Source: Octopus bimaculoides (taxonomy: Eukaryota). Taken from it: DNA of 40,641 nt. Numbering within the stretch: position 1 is the first letter of the stretch; each line of letters starts with the position of its first letter. A model generated the notes under the pieces. The model saw only the letters and a list, made by a program, of their open reading frames with translations. It did no database searches and was not told the DNA's origin. A program made the position numbers and the translations under genes. The stretch spans positions 182,051,108 through 182,091,748 of the forward strand of contig NC_068982.1 of NCBI RefSeq assembly GCF_001194135.2, in the 5' to 3' direction. This document shows positions 38,066-40,641 of the stretch, one piece after another.

Positions 38066-39630
38066 TTACTTGAATTTCACCAGAATGGCGTCCTTCTGAT
38101 GGCAACGATAAGATAGTTAGCTATTTTTGTGTTGATGGGTGTTTGTGTAATATCTCCCGAATGCAAACTAGGCAACTGCGAGCTCGAGATGGATACGGAG
38201 GGATACTTTCAATGATACTACATTCGATGTCGGGAAAATCGTTCTGCCGATAGCCACACATTCTCCAGATAGAAAGAGACAGAGAGATGGAGTTTCCCAT
38301 ATTGCTGCATTTAAAAGTGTGTCTATGCTGTGTACATTCCTTTGAAGTCATTGGGTTTTATGTTTGTGTAGTATCGTGTAATGCAATTGGATGATATGAT
38401 GTGGAGTCTATCATCCACAACACTTCAGAAGCAAGGGTCTCCCAATGAGCAGTTGATAAAATTTCGGAAGTTGCGGGTTGGGGTATGTATTTGAGATTGT
38501 GTAAGTGTGTGTTGCAGTTACTGTAGCGTGGGATGTTAGAAGAGCAGTGTCTAAGCTTCACTAGATAACTCTGGCGTTGTATGGGTTTCAGCAATTAGCG
38601 TCTGGAAGCCGTTACGAACATTGAATGAAACTTTTCTGTTACTTCGAAGATTCAGCTAGATTATCATTCTCTTCCTGGTTTTCTTTGGGTTCGGGGTGGA
38701 AGTGAGTTACCCTCCATGTATATTTCTTCTGAGTGAATTCATTCCACGCTAATGCCTCCTTATATTGGGGTGCGGCCTTGTTCAAGGCCTGTCTACCCAC
38801 TAACAGCTAAGAGAATCTTCTATTTATGTCTGTGATTAAGTATCTAATTATAGCTTAGTATGTTTGGAATTTCTCTGGATATACATGGTTTCCTCGCTTA
38901 GCTTCCTGTAATGGTACTACTTGCTCGTCTTCAGATTTCAGTTACATCCAGAAAGTTAACCTTTGTCAAACTGGTAGTGACAGTTATAGATTGGCAGGTC
39001 TTTATCAGCTCCTCCCTAAACTTTTTTCTGTGGCCTGGTCATTGAATTACCTTAAGACTTCATCGTGTTACACAGCTGAGATCAATGATCTTGTATATAT
39101 CGACAGAAACTCTAATCATCACCAGTTATAATTAGATACCTAATTACAGGCGTAAATAGAAGTATCTCTAGGCTATCAGCGGATAGATAGATCTTCAGTT
39201 GGGATACACCCCATTATTAAGCGCCATTAGTGAGGAGTAGATTCACTGGGAAGTACTCCGCATACATACGTTGAACAGAGAGTCGCTTTTTTTGAAATTC
39301 AGTAGGAATAATCGTGAGCCAAGTTTGACTTTCTAGTATTCACGCTGATTTTGATATCGAGGTTGCTGATATTGTTGGATTTCCTGCCAAATTCTGAAAT
39401 CCTCAATTTTATAATGAAGCGTAGAAAATCATGAGATTGAAACGGTGAACCTTCGGGTTGCTTTAATCTTGATGCTACTCACCCATCTGGGAGTGAACAT
39501 AGTACGTGCATTCTCGATACTATCAACTTCGATATTAGAATATATGAAAGTCGAGCGAAATTGGCTTTTGCTCAAGCTGCTTAGGGAGCGTGAACAAATC
39601 GAGTAGAGTTGTTTCAAAGTATTGATATAT
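38066..39630 (-). mobile_element. Penelope-like retroelement (RT + C-terminal GIY-YIG endonuclease), 5'-truncated and pseudogenised
   Basis: Minus-strand remnants occur in the expected order: LSKSQF, FNLMIFYAS, RKS...DSLFNVCM, ITVTTSLTKVNFLDV (38941-38960), YRK, INRRFS...NKAAPQYKEAL, KKTRKRMII*LN, a degraded CxCx5C linker (38449-38478), TQHRHTF...NSISLS..IWR, IECSIIESIPPY...RSCLVCIRE, and CHQKDAILVKFK* (stop 38066-38068). Confidence 0.85.
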
Positions 39631-40327
39631 TACAGAGTAGATAGTGGTCACACTGATGTAAAACAGCAACGCTTATTTCTATATGCTATGCGTATTTATA
39701 TTGGAGACTAAATAAAGGAGTCTTAAATGGTGTTTATGAGAACGCTGTGTCTGCGCAAGTGATATATATATATTGTCACCTTCGTATAAACAATTTAATT
39801 CCCTTCCACGTGATGCATTATTTCGTTCTTTCCCTCAAATGTAATATATTCTCTTTCGAAATTACTGTTCGCCTCATGCATTCGTATACGAAGAGTCACG
39901 TGCGAGCGTAAACACTTTTACTGTCCAACCTTTCTGACTGTGAAACCTGAAAGGCAAAATATGTATATAAACAGTATATGCAATATCTCACTAAAAGGAA
40001 GCATTATGATTGTCACTAAATGTTGCCAGTGTGTTAAAAAACACCTATATTGTAGAAATAAAAGCAAATGGCACTCTAATGCTGTAGTTAACACCCATGG
40101 ATGGAAATATATACACTACCAGGGATCATAACTGTCCGGAAAATGCCGATCGAGAAATCTTAATACTGCAGTCATTTTCGGCAATTTCGTTGCCTCATGA
40201 GTTAAACTTGCTCGTCCGTCCGGCTTTTTCAGGATTCGATTCGCCATTAGTATTTATGTTTACATCATGCAAATTTTGGGATGATTTAACGATTCGCTAA
40301 TGTGTATATATAAAATTAATATAAACA

Positions 40328-40628
40328 GCAGTTTTCAAGACTAGCCAAGCTCTTGGACCCGATTTCCCGGTTGCTATGGCGTATGTGTTCCCTCCAGCTG
40401 GACGGGACACCAGTCCATCGCAGCGTTACTCAAGAAACAGGAAGAAACAATGAGAGAAAGTCGGGGTGAAAGTGTACAAAAGGGGTCGCCACCACACATT
40501 GCCGGAGCCTCGTGGGGCTTTAGGTGTTTTCGCTCAATAAACACACATAGCGACTGGTCTGGTAATCGAAACAGCGATCCTTCGACCGCGAGTCCGCTGC
40601 CCTAACCACTGGGCCATTGCGCCTCCAC
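40328..40628 (-). mobile_element. tRNA-derived SINE (head + middle module M1 + tail B)
   Basis: A-box at 40606-40616 and B-box-like sequence at 40561-40572. Head and middle are shared with 4250-4445, but the 3' part carries GCGATGGACTGGTGTCCCGTCCAG instead of tail A. Confidence 0.9.
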
Positions 40629-40641
40629 ACACACACACACA

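Overview
This window is eukaryotic, AT-rich (about two-thirds A+T by eye), non-coding draft-assembly DNA with eight N-gaps and very dense microsatellites. It is not prokaryotic: I found no operons, rRNA, true tRNA or CRISPR array. The SINE families and repeat landscape resemble an octopus (cephalopod) genome; this is inference from recalled repeat consensus sequences, not a search. I could not support any host protein-coding exon, and nearly all listed ORFs are microsatellite or gap artefacts. The recognisable content is a set of decayed transposons. DNA transposons: Tc1-like DD37E (TRT-type), maT-like DD37D, and a Chapaev3-like element retaining both termini. Retroelements: three different RTE-clade LINE fragments, a CR1 3' end, a HERO/NeSL-like element with restriction-like endonuclease (RLE), and a Penelope-like element (RT plus C-terminal GIY-YIG). 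There are also several tRNA-derived SINEs with shuffled modules. The most notable observations are a minimal hammerhead-ribozyme-like core, an RTE/HERO chimeric junction, modular SINE tail swapping with a SINE-LINE shared tail, and a possible tandem (pseudo-LTR) Penelope structure. I found no evidence for a genuinely new multi-gene system. All family assignments come from manual translation and remembered motifs, and need HMM or Repbase/Dfam confirmation.
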